Shown here piece by piece: positions 1-9,693 of a stretch of 64,000 bases of DNA. The notes under the pieces were generated by a model. It did not search any database and was not told where the DNA came from. It saw only the letters and a list, made by a program, of their open reading frames with translations. The DNA is from Candidatus Poribacteria bacterium (GTDB taxonomy: Bacteria > Poribacteria > WGA-4E > UBA9662). The translations under genes and the position numbers were made by a program. Position 1 is the stretch's first letter. Every line of letters starts with the position of its first letter. The stretch spans positions 32,001 through 96,000 of the forward strand of contig JAYGDX010000280.1 in the NCBI GenBank assembly GCA_046582655.1, given 5' to 3'.

Positions 1-655
1 TGATTTGGTCTTCAAGGTCTGGCTCACGATACAGAAATTGTGGTAGTTGTCCAAAACGTTTTGTGAAATAGAGATTTGTGTTTTTTAGCGCGTTTTGGAG
101 GGCCTGCTGCTTTGTTTCTGCCCAAATTGGTCTGCCGTTTCCTCCGAAGACCATCTGCACAAAATCAAGCAGCGGCATGATAGGTGAACACAAGTTAGGT
201 CCTGCAACTACGATCCTCCCACCTTTTCGGGTAACACGAATCATTTCAAGGAGAGTCGTCTCCACATCAGGTGTATGCTCGATTAACTCGTTTGAACAAA
301 CAACACCAAACTGTCCAGATTCAAAATCAAGGTTCAAAGCATCACCTACACGATACTTTAGACTGTCGTTCTCCCACTTTTTCGTTTCTTTTAGAAAGAG
401 TGGTGAAATATCAACACCAACAACGTTTCTACCCCGATCATGCAGCATTTTAGATGAAATTCCATTACCACACCCTAGATCAAGCGTATATTCATCTGGT
501 GGAGTGTGCAGGTCAACGAGATCAACATAAGATTTTAAATAAGCGTGATTGTGCTGATTTAGTAATCCTTTGTAGGCTTCGGAGGTTTCATAGAATTCAC
601 GCATCCGGTTACGAAGTGATTGGTCAGGTGAAATAGGTGTCTGAGCAGATTCCAT
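1..655 (-). CDS. Class I SAM-dependent methyltransferase (runs off the window at its 3' end)
   Basis: Not in the ORF track. Manual minus-strand translation from ATG 655 (GGAGA upstream) gives MESAQTPISP...TLDLGCGNG...VVGVDISP...VGDALNLDF...ELIEH...VTRKGGRIVV, i.e. motif I and downstream SAM-MT motifs. Open to the window edge. Confidence 0.85.
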   Translation of the reverse strand, partial: MESAQTPISPDQSLRNRMREFYETSEAYKGLLNQHNHAYLKSYVDLVDLHTPPDEYTLDLGCGNGISSKMLHDRGRNVVGVDISPLFLKETKKWENDSLKYRVGDALNLDFESGQFGVVCSNELIEHTPDVETTLLEMIRVTRKGGRIVVAGPNLCSPIMPLLDFVQMVFGGNGRPIWAETKQQALQNALKNTNLYFTKRFGQLPQFLYREPDLEDQI

Positions 656-903
656 GGCTGTCTCCATTATACTATTCCGGCTTGATTCGAACAATGAAAA
701 AGTCATAGTTTCAGACATTTAAACTGTGTCGATGCAAATAATGAGGACACATTTGTTATTATGCATTGACAAGGCTGATAAATTATCCAGAACGATTTTT
801 CATCGTGCTTTTCTTATGGGAAAGGTAAAAGCCTAGACCTGGAAGATAGATCTAAAATCGGGTTGGTAAAGAAATCCAGATTTTCTGAATAGTACTGAAG
901 CAG

Positions 904-1899
904 TTAATCAATCCGATCACCAAAGTGATTCGCTACAGCCACGAGGTCTAGAATATCAACAACTCCATCTTTGTTTACATCACCGTTTGGTGCGTTAACC
1001 ATTTCAAAGTAAATGGCGACAATTACCAAATCGAGAATATCAACAATTCTATCTTTATTCAGGTCCCACGGCAAATTATCGTGTGACGCCTGTTGGGAGG
1101 CCGTTATTGCGCAGCGGAACCCAATTGTGTTGTCACTGAGATTGGGTAACAAAGTGTATCTCATTGTACTTCTTACCTTTAGCGGAGGCTTCCTCCATGA
1201 TCCACCACGTAAAACCCGGCCGAGGAAATTACTGGGATTTTTGTTCTCTGGGTTTTCAACTGGACTGTTTGCGTAGTAGTTCTCATCGTACCAATCAGAG
1301 ACCCACTCTAAGGCGTTACCAGCAAGATCATGTACTCCGAATTGGCTTATACCTGTGGGAAAACTTCCGATAGGAGCGGTTTTATCGAATCCGTCAGTGT
1401 CACCTGCAACATTTGCATGATTAACCCTGCCACTAATTTCAGCCTCAAATTGATTTCCCCAAGGATATTGGTTCTCATTAGTTCCACGAGCGGAAAACTC
1501 CCACTCCGCTTCGGTAGGCAACCGTTTGCCTGCCCAATTTGCATAGCGAGATGCTCCCTCAAAACTTACCCCAACAACAGGTTGATCGGGCCGATTTAGA
1601 TCAGGATCGTTCCAGAAACGGGGTGTAGCATGTCTTGTTTCCGATAGGAAAAGAGCATACTGCACATTAGTAACTTCAAACTTGTCAATATAGAATGCAT
1701 CAAGTTTAATAATATGGATCGGCGTTTCATCTGGATCGGCTATGTCTTTGGTTGATCCCATCATGAATTTTCCATTGGGCACAAGCACCATCAGAGAATT
1801 ATCTTTTTCATGTATGATTTCAGATGCAGGCATTGACCATAAATGGATTGTAATTAGGAATAGCATTTTACAAGGCAAGTAAACTCTTCCAAATATCAT
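904..1899 (-). CDS. Formylglycine-generating enzyme (SUMF1/FGE-sulfatase) family protein with C-terminal dockerin-like domain
   Basis: FMMGS, FYIDKFEVTNVQY, PVVGVS, KRLPTEAEWE, HDLAGNALEW, RVLRGGSW, IGFRC; C-terminal DLNKDRIVDILDL and GDVNKDGVVDILDL Ca-binding repeats. Confidence 0.9.
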   Translation of the reverse strand: MIFGRVYLPCKMLFLITIHLWSMPASEIIHEKDNSLMVLVPNGKFMMGSTKDIADPDETPIHIIKLDAFYIDKFEVTNVQYALFLSETRHATPRFWNDPDLNRPDQPVVGVSFEGASRYANWAGKRLPTEAEWEFSARGTNENQYPWGNQFEAEISGRVNHANVAGDTDGFDKTAPIGSFPTGISQFGVHDLAGNALEWVSDWYDENYYANSPVENPENKNPSNFLGRVLRGGSWRKPPLKVRSTMRYTLLPNLSDNTIGFRCAITASQQASHDNLPWDLNKDRIVDILDLVIVAIYFEMVNAPNGDVNKDGVVDILDLVAVANHFGDRID

Positions 1900-1978
1900 G
1901 AGAAAAGGTGATAATAATTGTTAGCTTCATCAGGAGGCAATAACACAAGCAATATGTGAAAACCATTGACTTTTAGGG

Positions 1979-2788
1979 ATGAATCTGCTAATCTTAATTG
2001 CGGTTCTGACCCCGCTAGGTGTAAGTAATTTTATTATAAAAAATGCGATAAAGATGTTATACCAGCAACAGGTTATCAGGGAATGTACTGAGCAGATCGA
2101 AGCCAAGCCAAAAAATCCGAATCACTATTTTAACCGGGCTCAGGCATACAAGGAAATTGGTGATTATAATGCAGCAATTGCCGATTTGACAAGAGCAATT
2201 CACATGTCACCCAATAGTCCTCAGGCTTACTTGTTGCGCGGTACAATCTACTATAACCTTAAGGATTACCAAAACGCAAGCCGTGATTTTTCCGCGGCAG
2301 TACGGATTAAAGCAGATTATGCAGATGCGTACATTCTCCGCGGGAACATCCATCGGAAGATTGGCGAATTACCTCTGGCAATAGCTGATGCAAGCGCTGC
2401 CATTAGCTATGCACCAGATGATGTACAAGCCTATGTGCTACGTGGAAAATGCCAACAAGACCTAGGAAATTGCGACTATGCCATTGAAGATTATTCGAAG
2501 GCTATTCAGATTAATCCCAATTATGCGAATGCCTATTATTTCCGTGGGAATTGTTATCATTCAGTTGATCAAGATGGAGAAGCTATTGAGGACTACCAAA
2601 AAGCTGTTAAAATAGCTCCAGATTCTTATTCTGGCCGTTTGGCTATACAACGCCTAAAAAACCTAGGTGCTGATATTGTCTCACCAGAGACACCCAAAAG
2701 AGCCATAGATGTATTTCGCCCGAAAATTCCGAGTAAAGCGATAAAAAAGCATTTCGTGAAAATCTGGAGTGAAGTGACAAAGCGGTGA
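1979..2788 (+). CDS. Tetratricopeptide repeat protein
   Basis: About 6 tandem 34-aa repeats of the type AYxxRGxxYxxLxDYxxAIxDxSxAIxIxP. Confidence 0.9.
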   Translation: MNLLILIAVLTPLGVSNFIIKNAIKMLYQQQVIRECTEQIEAKPKNPNHYFNRAQAYKEIGDYNAAIADLTRAIHMSPNSPQAYLLRGTIYYNLKDYQNASRDFSAAVRIKADYADAYILRGNIHRKIGELPLAIADASAAISYAPDDVQAYVLRGKCQQDLGNCDYAIEDYSKAIQINPNYANAYYFRGNCYHSVDQDGEAIEDYQKAVKIAPDSYSGRLAIQRLKNLGADIVSPETPKRAIDVFRPKIPSKAIKKHFVKIWSEVTKR

Positions 2789-2813
2789 ATTCGTCGCTTT
2801 GTCATCGAACACG

Positions 2814-3983
2814 TCATTTACTGGTGTTGTAAACATTTTCAGCAGTTTGTACTGCTTCAGCAGCCGACCTTTCCGGTAGTATCTCTCCCAGTGCAGTGAG
2901 TAAACCGATGACATTTTCCCGACGGCAGGTTTCTCCCATCAAGCCAATACGCCACGCTTTACCCTTGAGTGTTCCTAGCCCCGCTCCAATTTCGATGTTA
3001 TAGGTGTGAAGCAACTGGTTTCGTACTTTCGCTTCATCAACATCATCGGGAACCGAAACGGAGGTTAACATCGGTGCACGAAATCCTTCTTGAGCAATCC
3101 GTTCAATACCGAGCGCGCTGAGTCCATCTGCCAAAGCTTGAGAATGAAGGCTATGCCTTCTATATCGCGTATCAAGTCCTTCTTCGCAAACTATTTTTAG
3201 GGATTCGTTAAGCGCATAATTCATAGAAATAGGTGCTGTGTGATGATAAACTCGATCGTCTCCCCAATATTTGGAAATCATTCCCATATCCAAGTACCAA
3301 CTCGTTACTTTTGTGCTGCGATTATGAATTGCGTTGATGGCTCGTTTGCTAAAGCTCACCGGTGAAAGTCCGGGTGGGCAACTCATACACTTTTGCGTGC
3401 CACTATAAGCGGCATCAATACCAAGTTCATCAAGATTAACTGGTGTGCCACAAAGAGAAGTTACACAGTCAACAACTAACAAGGCATCATGTGCTTTAGC
3501 CAATTCCGCAATTTCCACAAGCGGTTGCAAAATGCCGGTTGAAGTCTCAACGTGCACGATGGCAATTAATTTTGGTTTTACTATATCCTTGAGCTTATCA
3601 GCTACATCTTGTGGATCAATAATGCGTCCCCAAGGTGCGTCAACAGTATGCAGGTTGCCTCCGTACCTGTCAACAATGTCAGACATTCTCATTCCAAAGA
3701 CGCCATTGACACAAACAAGGACATCGTCGTCCGGTTCAATTAGGTTGCATAAGGTTGCTTCCATGCCCGCGCTTCCAGTTGCAGAAATTGGAAGCGTTAA
3801 TCTGTTTTTAGTTCCAAAAACCTGACGCAACAATTTCATGTTCTCATCCATTATTTCAAGGAAGATAGGGTCTAAATGTCCAATCATAGAATGGCTCATT
3901 GCTTCAAGCACACGCGGATGAACGTTGCTTGGGCCTGGCCCCATCAGTATGCGTTGAGGGATTTGTGAATTATTACTCGTCAT
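2814..3983 (-). CDS. Alanine--glyoxylate/serine--pyruvate aminotransferase (class V PLP enzyme)
   Basis: LMGPGPSNV, SATGSAGMEA, HVETSTG, DCVTS, SGTQKC (PLP lysine), YHHT, WRIGLMG. Confidence 0.93.
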   Translation of the reverse strand: MTSNNSQIPQRILMGPGPSNVHPRVLEAMSHSMIGHLDPIFLEIMDENMKLLRQVFGTKNRLTLPISATGSAGMEATLCNLIEPDDDVLVCVNGVFGMRMSDIVDRYGGNLHTVDAPWGRIIDPQDVADKLKDIVKPKLIAIVHVETSTGILQPLVEIAELAKAHDALLVVDCVTSLCGTPVNLDELGIDAAYSGTQKCMSCPPGLSPVSFSKRAINAIHNRSTKVTSWYLDMGMISKYWGDDRVYHHTAPISMNYALNESLKIVCEEGLDTRYRRHSLHSQALADGLSALGIERIAQEGFRAPMLTSVSVPDDVDEAKVRNQLLHTYNIEIGAGLGTLKGKAWRIGLMGETCRRENVIGLLTALGEILPERSAAEAVQTAENVYNTSK

Positions 3984-4012
3984 ATTTCCTTTCCTGCTTT
4001 TTATACGGAATT

Positions 4013-5014
4013 TTAAATTTTTATCGGCTTGTTTTTTAAATAGGATTCCTTAGCTGCTAATGCGATTTGTATTGCTTCCAGGCCATCGTTACCAACCACT
4101 GACGGGATGGCGTCATTTGAGATACAGTGCAGAAACTCAATCATTTCTGCCGCATATGAGGATTTATAACGATCCAGGAAAGAATACGGTAGTGGCGGTT
4201 GATGCGAGCCTTTAGCATTACTTAAAACGCAGGTGTCTGTTTCAACGTTTTTTGCCTGAATCATACCATTAGATCCAAAGATCTCGACGCGTTGATCATA
4301 ACCGTAAACTGCTTGACGGCTGTTATCAATAGAGCCAACTACACCATTGGCAAATTTTAGCGTGACGATCGCTGTATCAATATCTCCGGCATTACCAATG
4401 GCTTCGTCAATCATCACCCCGCCTGCTGCGTATACCTCAACCACTTCACTCCTAACAAGATAACGTGCCATATCAAAATCATGAATCATCATGTCAAGAA
4501 AGATCCCGCCTGACGTCTCGATATACGATATTGGAGGTGGGGCTGGATCTCGACTAGTGATTCTCAAAATATGCAGATCACCAATTTCTCCTTCTAAAAT
4601 CCTACCTCGTAGGGCCTGGAAATTGGAATCAAAACGCCTATTGAAACCGACTTGGAATTTTACGCCAGTGTTCTTTACACATTCCAAGGTTTGTCGCGTT
4701 CGATCCAAGTCAAAATCAATTGGTTTTTCACAAAAAACATGTTTGCCAACATTGGATGCTTGCTGAATGATCTGTGTGTGCGTATTCGTTGGTGAGCAAA
4801 TGATGACTGCATCTATCTCCGGATGATCAATAATCTGATGGTAATCGTCGGAACAATTGGGGATATTAAGATTTTCAGCCACTTTCTTCACTAATTCCAA
4901 ATTGATGTCAGCAATTGCAACTAATTCGACGTTTGGGATGTGATAAGTTAGATTATCAGCGTGGAGTTTACCGATTCGTCCAGCACCAATTAGACCAACC
5001 TTAATGTCTTTCAT
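4013..5014 (-). CDS. iolG: Inositol 2-dehydrogenase (Gfo/Idh/MocA family)
   Basis: GLIGAGRIG, HVFCEKP, VGFNRRFD, ITSRDP, SGGIFLDMMIHDFD, SRQAVYGYDQRVE. Start taken at ATG 5014 (MKDIKVG), inside the longer ORF 4013..5047. Confidence 0.85.
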   Translation of the reverse strand: MKDIKVGLIGAGRIGKLHADNLTYHIPNVELVAIADINLELVKKVAENLNIPNCSDDYHQIIDHPEIDAVIICSPTNTHTQIIQQASNVGKHVFCEKPIDFDLDRTRQTLECVKNTGVKFQVGFNRRFDSNFQALRGRILEGEIGDLHILRITSRDPAPPPISYIETSGGIFLDMMIHDFDMARYLVRSEVVEVYAAGGVMIDEAIGNAGDIDTAIVTLKFANGVVGSIDNSRQAVYGYDQRVEIFGSNGMIQAKNVETDTCVLSNAKGSHQPPLPYSFLDRYKSSYAAEMIEFLHCISNDAIPSVVGNDGLEAIQIALAAKESYLKNKPIKI

Positions 5015-6257
5015 CGTAAAATACTTGAGCAATTTTTGTGAATGCATCAGCGTGATTGAGATTCACCATTTCAACACCCCACTCCAGAATGTCATAAAAT
5101 GCCTTTGCGTCCTTTTGCTGATGATAGATCATGATTTTAATGCTATAGTGTTGACAAACTTTAACTAAATCTTGGGTGGTATTGTCGAGGGAAACCTCAA
5201 CGATACTCGCACCGTAAGTTTTGTGAGCATCAATCACTTCGTCAACAGTTTTAACATTAATCTTTATTGGCAGGCTTGGATCAAGTTGATGCATTGTCTT
5301 CAACCATTCATCATCGCTCGACCAGAAAAAGCATTCATTCTCAATCCCAAAGCTGTAAACAAGGTCAATCAGTTTCTTGGGATCAGCAGCCTTTACATCG
5401 AAAAAGACTTTTGCTTTGCCCTTGATCCATTCTAGAAGCTTTTCAAGTCGTGGGACCCTTTGATGTGAAAATTTTGGATTAAACCAACTGCCAGCATCCA
5501 ATTGGTCAACCTCGCTGGACAACAGACGGTCAATCTTTCCTTTACCGTTTGTTGTTAACTCAAGTTCTGGGCCGTGGAAATTATATAACACCCCATCTCT
5601 ACTGGTATTAACATCGACTTCAAGGTAGTCCACCCCCCATCCGACACAGATCTCTGCAGCAGCAAAAGTGTTTTCGGGAGCATATTCATTCGCTCCACGA
5701 TGGCAGACAATTTCAATTCGCTGTTGTAGTTGAAACTGGTTTTCTAGGGATTCAATGAGAGGAATTAGATCTAGAGGCTGTTCAATCGTGTGTTGTGGTA
5801 CTTCCAAATCGTCGGCCGGGATTTTCGATCGACGCGGTGACCAATGGAGCCATACAGAGATAATTCCTAGAGCATTTGCTCCTCTAATATCACGTTCTAA
5901 ATTGTTGCCAACCATTAACACACGGTTGTAATTGGTACGACTGATACCAAGTTGGTTCATAGCATGAACAAACATACGTTGATCGGGTTTATCTACACCA
6001 ACTTCGTCTGATATGGCAAAAGCGTCAAACAAATGGTGTAGGTTGTGTTGCGTGAGAACGTTTTGAAAGGTGGCGGAAGGACCGTCAGCTACCAGAGCAA
6101 CACGATATCCGCAACGTTTAACTTTGTGAACCATTTCCGTCGCGCCAGGGATCAGTTCAGCTTCTAAAGTTGCCCCAGCTGAGTTCTTAATCTCTGTTCC
6201 TTCATCGACAAGTGTGTCTCCACAATCAAGAAGAACCGCGACAATTTTATTTTCCAT
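5001..6257 (-). CDS. Fusion of a HAD-superfamily hydrolase and a glycerophosphodiester phosphodiesterase (GDPD)
   Basis: N-terminal DCGDTL, KPD and MVGNNLERDIRGA (HAD); C-terminal CHRGANEYAPENT, LEVDVNTSRDG and RVPRLE (GDPD). Confidence 0.88.
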   Translation of the reverse strand: MENKIVAVLLDCGDTLVDEGTEIKNSAGATLEAELIPGATEMVHKVKRCGYRVALVADGPSATFQNVLTQHNLHHLFDAFAISDEVGVDKPDQRMFVHAMNQLGISRTNYNRVLMVGNNLERDIRGANALGIISVWLHWSPRRSKIPADDLEVPQHTIEQPLDLIPLIESLENQFQLQQRIEIVCHRGANEYAPENTFAAAEICVGWGVDYLEVDVNTSRDGVLYNFHGPELELTTNGKGKIDRLLSSEVDQLDAGSWFNPKFSHQRVPRLEKLLEWIKGKAKVFFDVKAADPKKLIDLVYSFGIENECFFWSSDDEWLKTMHQLDPSLPIKINVKTVDEVIDAHKTYGASIVEVSLDNTTQDLVKVCQHYSIKIMIYHQQKDAKAFYDILEWGVEMVNLNHADAFTKIAQVFYDERH

Positions 6258-7614
6258 ACTCTTGTATCTGAAAATCTAGTTAGCCAAAGTCCAATACTTT
6301 TTTGTTAATCACGGTTTGACCCTCGATTTCCTGCGAACTTTTCATGCTGGCTAAAATGTTTTGTTCAACAACAATTCAGACGTCATAATCATAATTAGTC
6401 AAACAGTTTACAGTATGTGGGAAAGTCAACTCCACCTTGGCCTAATTCACAAAATATGCCTTTATTGAGCTGATTGAAATTGGTTCAACAGATTTAACTG
6501 AGATTTAAATTGTGCATCAGAACGGCCAGTAAGCATTTCCATTCTAACATGGACTTTAAATTTTTTCTAGTGTCTGTTGTGAACTAGTATCCAAGCAGCA
6601 TGCACTTTTAAATTGGGGGTGGTGTGATCTAGGCCGCTTTTTTATTTCAAGTTTACTCTTTTAAATATCTTAAAGATACCAAGTTCTGTTGATGTTTCAA
6701 CATCGCTAGATAAGAGAACTGACGAGATGCAGAAAACCGAGGTAACACTAAGCTGACTTCCGGAATCGACTGGATATCCGTCGATAAGGTTTGGCCTTAT
6801 TGATCAAGTATTCAACCGGGTGCTCTTGCCTGTAGATACTTGTCATTTGAGAATGGAGGAATTACCACTATTGCTCCATCGTCTTTAATTGCCTTGATGG
6901 AACTTGTTGGCTAGACGGTGTGGCAATTACATAGTCAGCATCGGTATGTCGAAATTAAGACTTGGGCTACGGTGATATACATCTTGGTGTAAATCTACCC
7001 CTACTTGGCCCGAGTGCTTGATTGGCCCTGGCATTCATGATAATCACTGGGACTCTAAAATTTCGCTGGAATGGTAGATGCGCTGGCTGGAAGTAACCGT
7101 GAAAACTGCTAGGCCAGAATGATTTTCCAAGCGTGGAAAGAATTTAACAGAACATCGAATGAGAAGGATACAAAGCCCTCAAGAACTGTGGGCGTCTGAA
7201 CTCAACCAATTGTTAGGATACTGTCGGATACTATTAAGATCAATGGAACAGACATGCGTAGTTTGGATGCATTGCAAAAAGAAACCCAAGGAATCAAAGA
7301 CACTACCCAACAAAAGGACGAACAAATCGACCAACTGAAGCATCGTGTTTTTGAGCTTCAATCTTCCGTTATTCAAAGAAAATGGCTGAGTTCGGTACAA
7401 AATTTGATATTATCCTGGAACCAAGCAAGATGTCTTTCAGATTTATGAAGATTATCTTGATGTTGTGTGGCGGAAGTATGTTTGGAATGGTTGACGGGAC
7501 AGAATGTGAAGTTTCGAGAAATTTATTTTAACTTGAAGTTCTCTGCCGGTGGTAACAAAACAAGTTTAATCCATCACACCGGTCGTGAAGCATTTTAACC
7601 CGTTTCTGCGTGTT

Positions 7615-8097
7615 TTAGAATCGATGGAGAATGGTCTGGATCACATTGGTAGTGGATTTCCCTTCGATGTTTAAACCAACGATGACTCGTCCTCCGTTTT
7701 CTTCAACAACTTGGCGTTCAATGACTTGTTCAATTGTGTAGTCGCCGCCTTTGACGTGAATATCAGGTTTAAGTTCTGACAATAGGCTGATTGGATCAAG
7801 TTCTGGGAATATGACAACATAGTCAACACAATCCAATCCAGCTAGCATCTCAGCGCGTTCATCTTCCGGAATAAGAGGTCGTCTTTCACCTTTCAGTTCT
7901 CGAACTGAATTATCGCTGTTTACCCCGACAACCAACAGGTCCCCTAAATTCTTTGCTGCCTGTAAATACCGTAGATGTCCGACGTGCATCAAATCGAAAC
8001 ACCCGTTGGTTGTCACAACAGTTTTCTCTCTATCTTTTTCCTGATTGATGATAATAGTAAGCGCTTTGCGTGTCTGAACTTTCACCTGAATTCTCAA
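7615..8097 (-). CDS. rfaE2: D-glycero-beta-D-manno-heptose 1-phosphate adenylyltransferase (RfaE domain II)
   Basis: TNGCFDLMHVGH, VGVNSDNSVRELKG..RP, PDIHVKGGDY, KSTT. Confidence 0.9.
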   Translation of the reverse strand: MRIQVKVQTRKALTIIINQEKDREKTVVTTNGCFDLMHVGHLRYLQAAKNLGDLLVVGVNSDNSVRELKGERRPLIPEDERAEMLAGLDCVDYVVIFPELDPISLLSELKPDIHVKGGDYTIEQVIERQVVEENGGRVIVGLNIEGKSTTNVIQTILHRF

Positions 8098-8183
8098 AGT
8101 TGTTTTATTTATTATGCCACCTAGATATCTGATAAGTAAATAAGTTTTTCAGCAGCTTTTGTGACTGAATTAATTTGGTGAGA

Positions 8184-8507
8184 TCAGGCTCTTACATCCA
8201 GATTGTCGCCCAAGTCTCGAGACTGAGACTCTTCATGTTGAGTGTTAGGTTCTTCTTCTGGTTGAGGTGGAGTTTCTTCTTGCTGAGAATCTACTTCCTG
8301 TTGAGAATTTACTTCTTGAGAAGCGGATTGCTCTTGAGGGGGAACCTGCTCAGGTCTCTCATCTTCAGGTGGTGTCGCTTCTGTCGCTTGGCTTTCGTTG
8401 ACAAAGTTTTCGGCTTCATCAGCCCTACGTTGATATTGTTCATTATTTGCTTGATGAGTGGATAAAGCGAATGAAGTAACACTGTTTTCTAGACCAGTGG
8501 TTCTCAT
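8184..8507 (-). CDS. Small acidic Q/E-rich protein with a YjfB-like C-terminus
   Basis: RBS (ACGGAGA) upstream of the ATG; low-complexity E/Q/P body; ends LGDNLDVRA. Confidence 0.7.
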   Translation of the reverse strand: MRTTGLENSVTSFALSTHQANNEQYQRRADEAENFVNESQATEATPPEDERPEQVPPQEQSASQEVNSQQEVDSQQEETPPQPEEEPNTQHEESQSRDLGDNLDVRA

Positions 8508-8620
8508 AACAAATCATCTCCGTATAATGTTTTTTTGGTTAATTGGATGCATGCAAGATGCTATTTTCCTTTAGGACTTGCTGCCTACAATAAGATGCAG
8601 ATATAATGATGCTTGATTAC

Positions 8621-8648
8621 TTATCGGCAAGAGGGAACAGAAACTTTA
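8621..8648 (-). promoter_or_regulatory. Sigma-28 (FliA/SigD)-type promoter
   Basis: Minus strand reads TAAAGTTT-ctgttccctctt-GCCGATAA, matching both the -35 and -10 boxes of the sigma-28 consensus; about 110 bp upstream of 8507. Confidence 0.75.
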
Positions 8649-8778
8649 GGATGATGCAGAAAAAACTTGATTTTATTTTGCTAACATCTGCTAATTGATG
8701 CAGGATTGCGGATTCTTTTGTTGGTTAGAAAGTGTGATTCTAGTAGTAGGGATAGACCAAAATTAGAGGAGTGTTATT

Positions 8779-9645
8779 GTGGAATTTATTCGGCTAACCG
8801 ATGAACAACTTCATCACTTTGACGAAAATGGATATCTGGTTGTACCGCAAGCCATGGATCAGGATGCAATTGAGAGAATCGTCGAAATGGGTGATCGGTT
8901 CATGGAATTTGAACTCTGCCGTTTACATGGAGATCCTAAACCAATAAACTACTATTTTAACCGTTATTTTGATCTTACCCAAAATGAAATTTTGCTTCAA
9001 GTCGTTACCAATTCGAATACAGTACCATTAGTAGTTCAGCTACTTTCGTCGGATATTCGATTAAGTGGCGGGAACCTGATTTATAAGTATCCTCAGCCGG
9101 CTTCATCTACTCCCGTTTATCCTGACGGGGATGGTAGATCTTTTCGAAATTGGCATCGAGATCTCAATAATTTCGCTCCAAACCACCCGATCCGGAATAC
9201 GGTTGCTATCAGAGTTACTTACTGCCTAACTGACTTCAGTCAACCAAACTCTGGTATCACTCTGCTGGTTTCAGGTAGTCATCGGCTGATAGAACCACTA
9301 CATTTTGATAAACGGGATTCTCAACAACCAGAAGCGGATATTTATCCCGGTAAAGTGATAGAGCTTTCCTTACGTCCTGGTGATGCTTACTTATTCAGTA
9401 CTTTGATCTATCACACTCCCGCAGTGAATTTTACTGACAGTGTTGCTAAGGTGCTGATGGCCAACTACGCCTATCGCTGGTGGGGAGATCTGGTTTATCA
9501 AACAGCAGATGAAGTATTTGATAAAGTCGACGACATCGGAACGCAACTTCTCGGTAAAAACATTAATGGGAATTTACCGTTAACTGAATGGGCAAAAGAA
9601 TATGGTATTCTGTTGGGTGAGCAACAGATGCGTATTTATGTTTAG
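8779..9645 (+). CDS. Phytanoyl-CoA dioxygenase (PhyH) family Fe(II)/2OG oxygenase
   Basis: FDENGYLVV, WHRD, YCLTD, SGSH, PGDAYLFSTLIYH; GAGGAG RBS before the GTG. Confidence 0.88.
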   Translation: MEFIRLTDEQLHHFDENGYLVVPQAMDQDAIERIVEMGDRFMEFELCRLHGDPKPINYYFNRYFDLTQNEILLQVVTNSNTVPLVVQLLSSDIRLSGGNLIYKYPQPASSTPVYPDGDGRSFRNWHRDLNNFAPNHPIRNTVAIRVTYCLTDFSQPNSGITLLVSGSHRLIEPLHFDKRDSQQPEADIYPGKVIELSLRPGDAYLFSTLIYHTPAVNFTDSVAKVLMANYAYRWWGDLVYQTADEVFDKVDDIGTQLLGKNINGNLPLTEWAKEYGILLGEQQMRIYV

Positions 9646-9693
9646 TCGTGGTAGATCAACAAATAACTTTTAGTATCGATCTAGGGAGATCTT

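Noticed and set aside
78..636. Plus-strand ORFs 78..530, 271..453 and 454..636
   Set aside because: Antisense shadows of the minus-strand methyltransferase
7254..7448. Functional small coiled-coil gene
   Set aside because: No clear RBS or family motif, and it sits in a decayed region; treated as a fragment
8508..8615. c-di-GMP riboswitch in the leader of the sigma-28 gene
   Set aside because: Could not match the conserved GEMM elements
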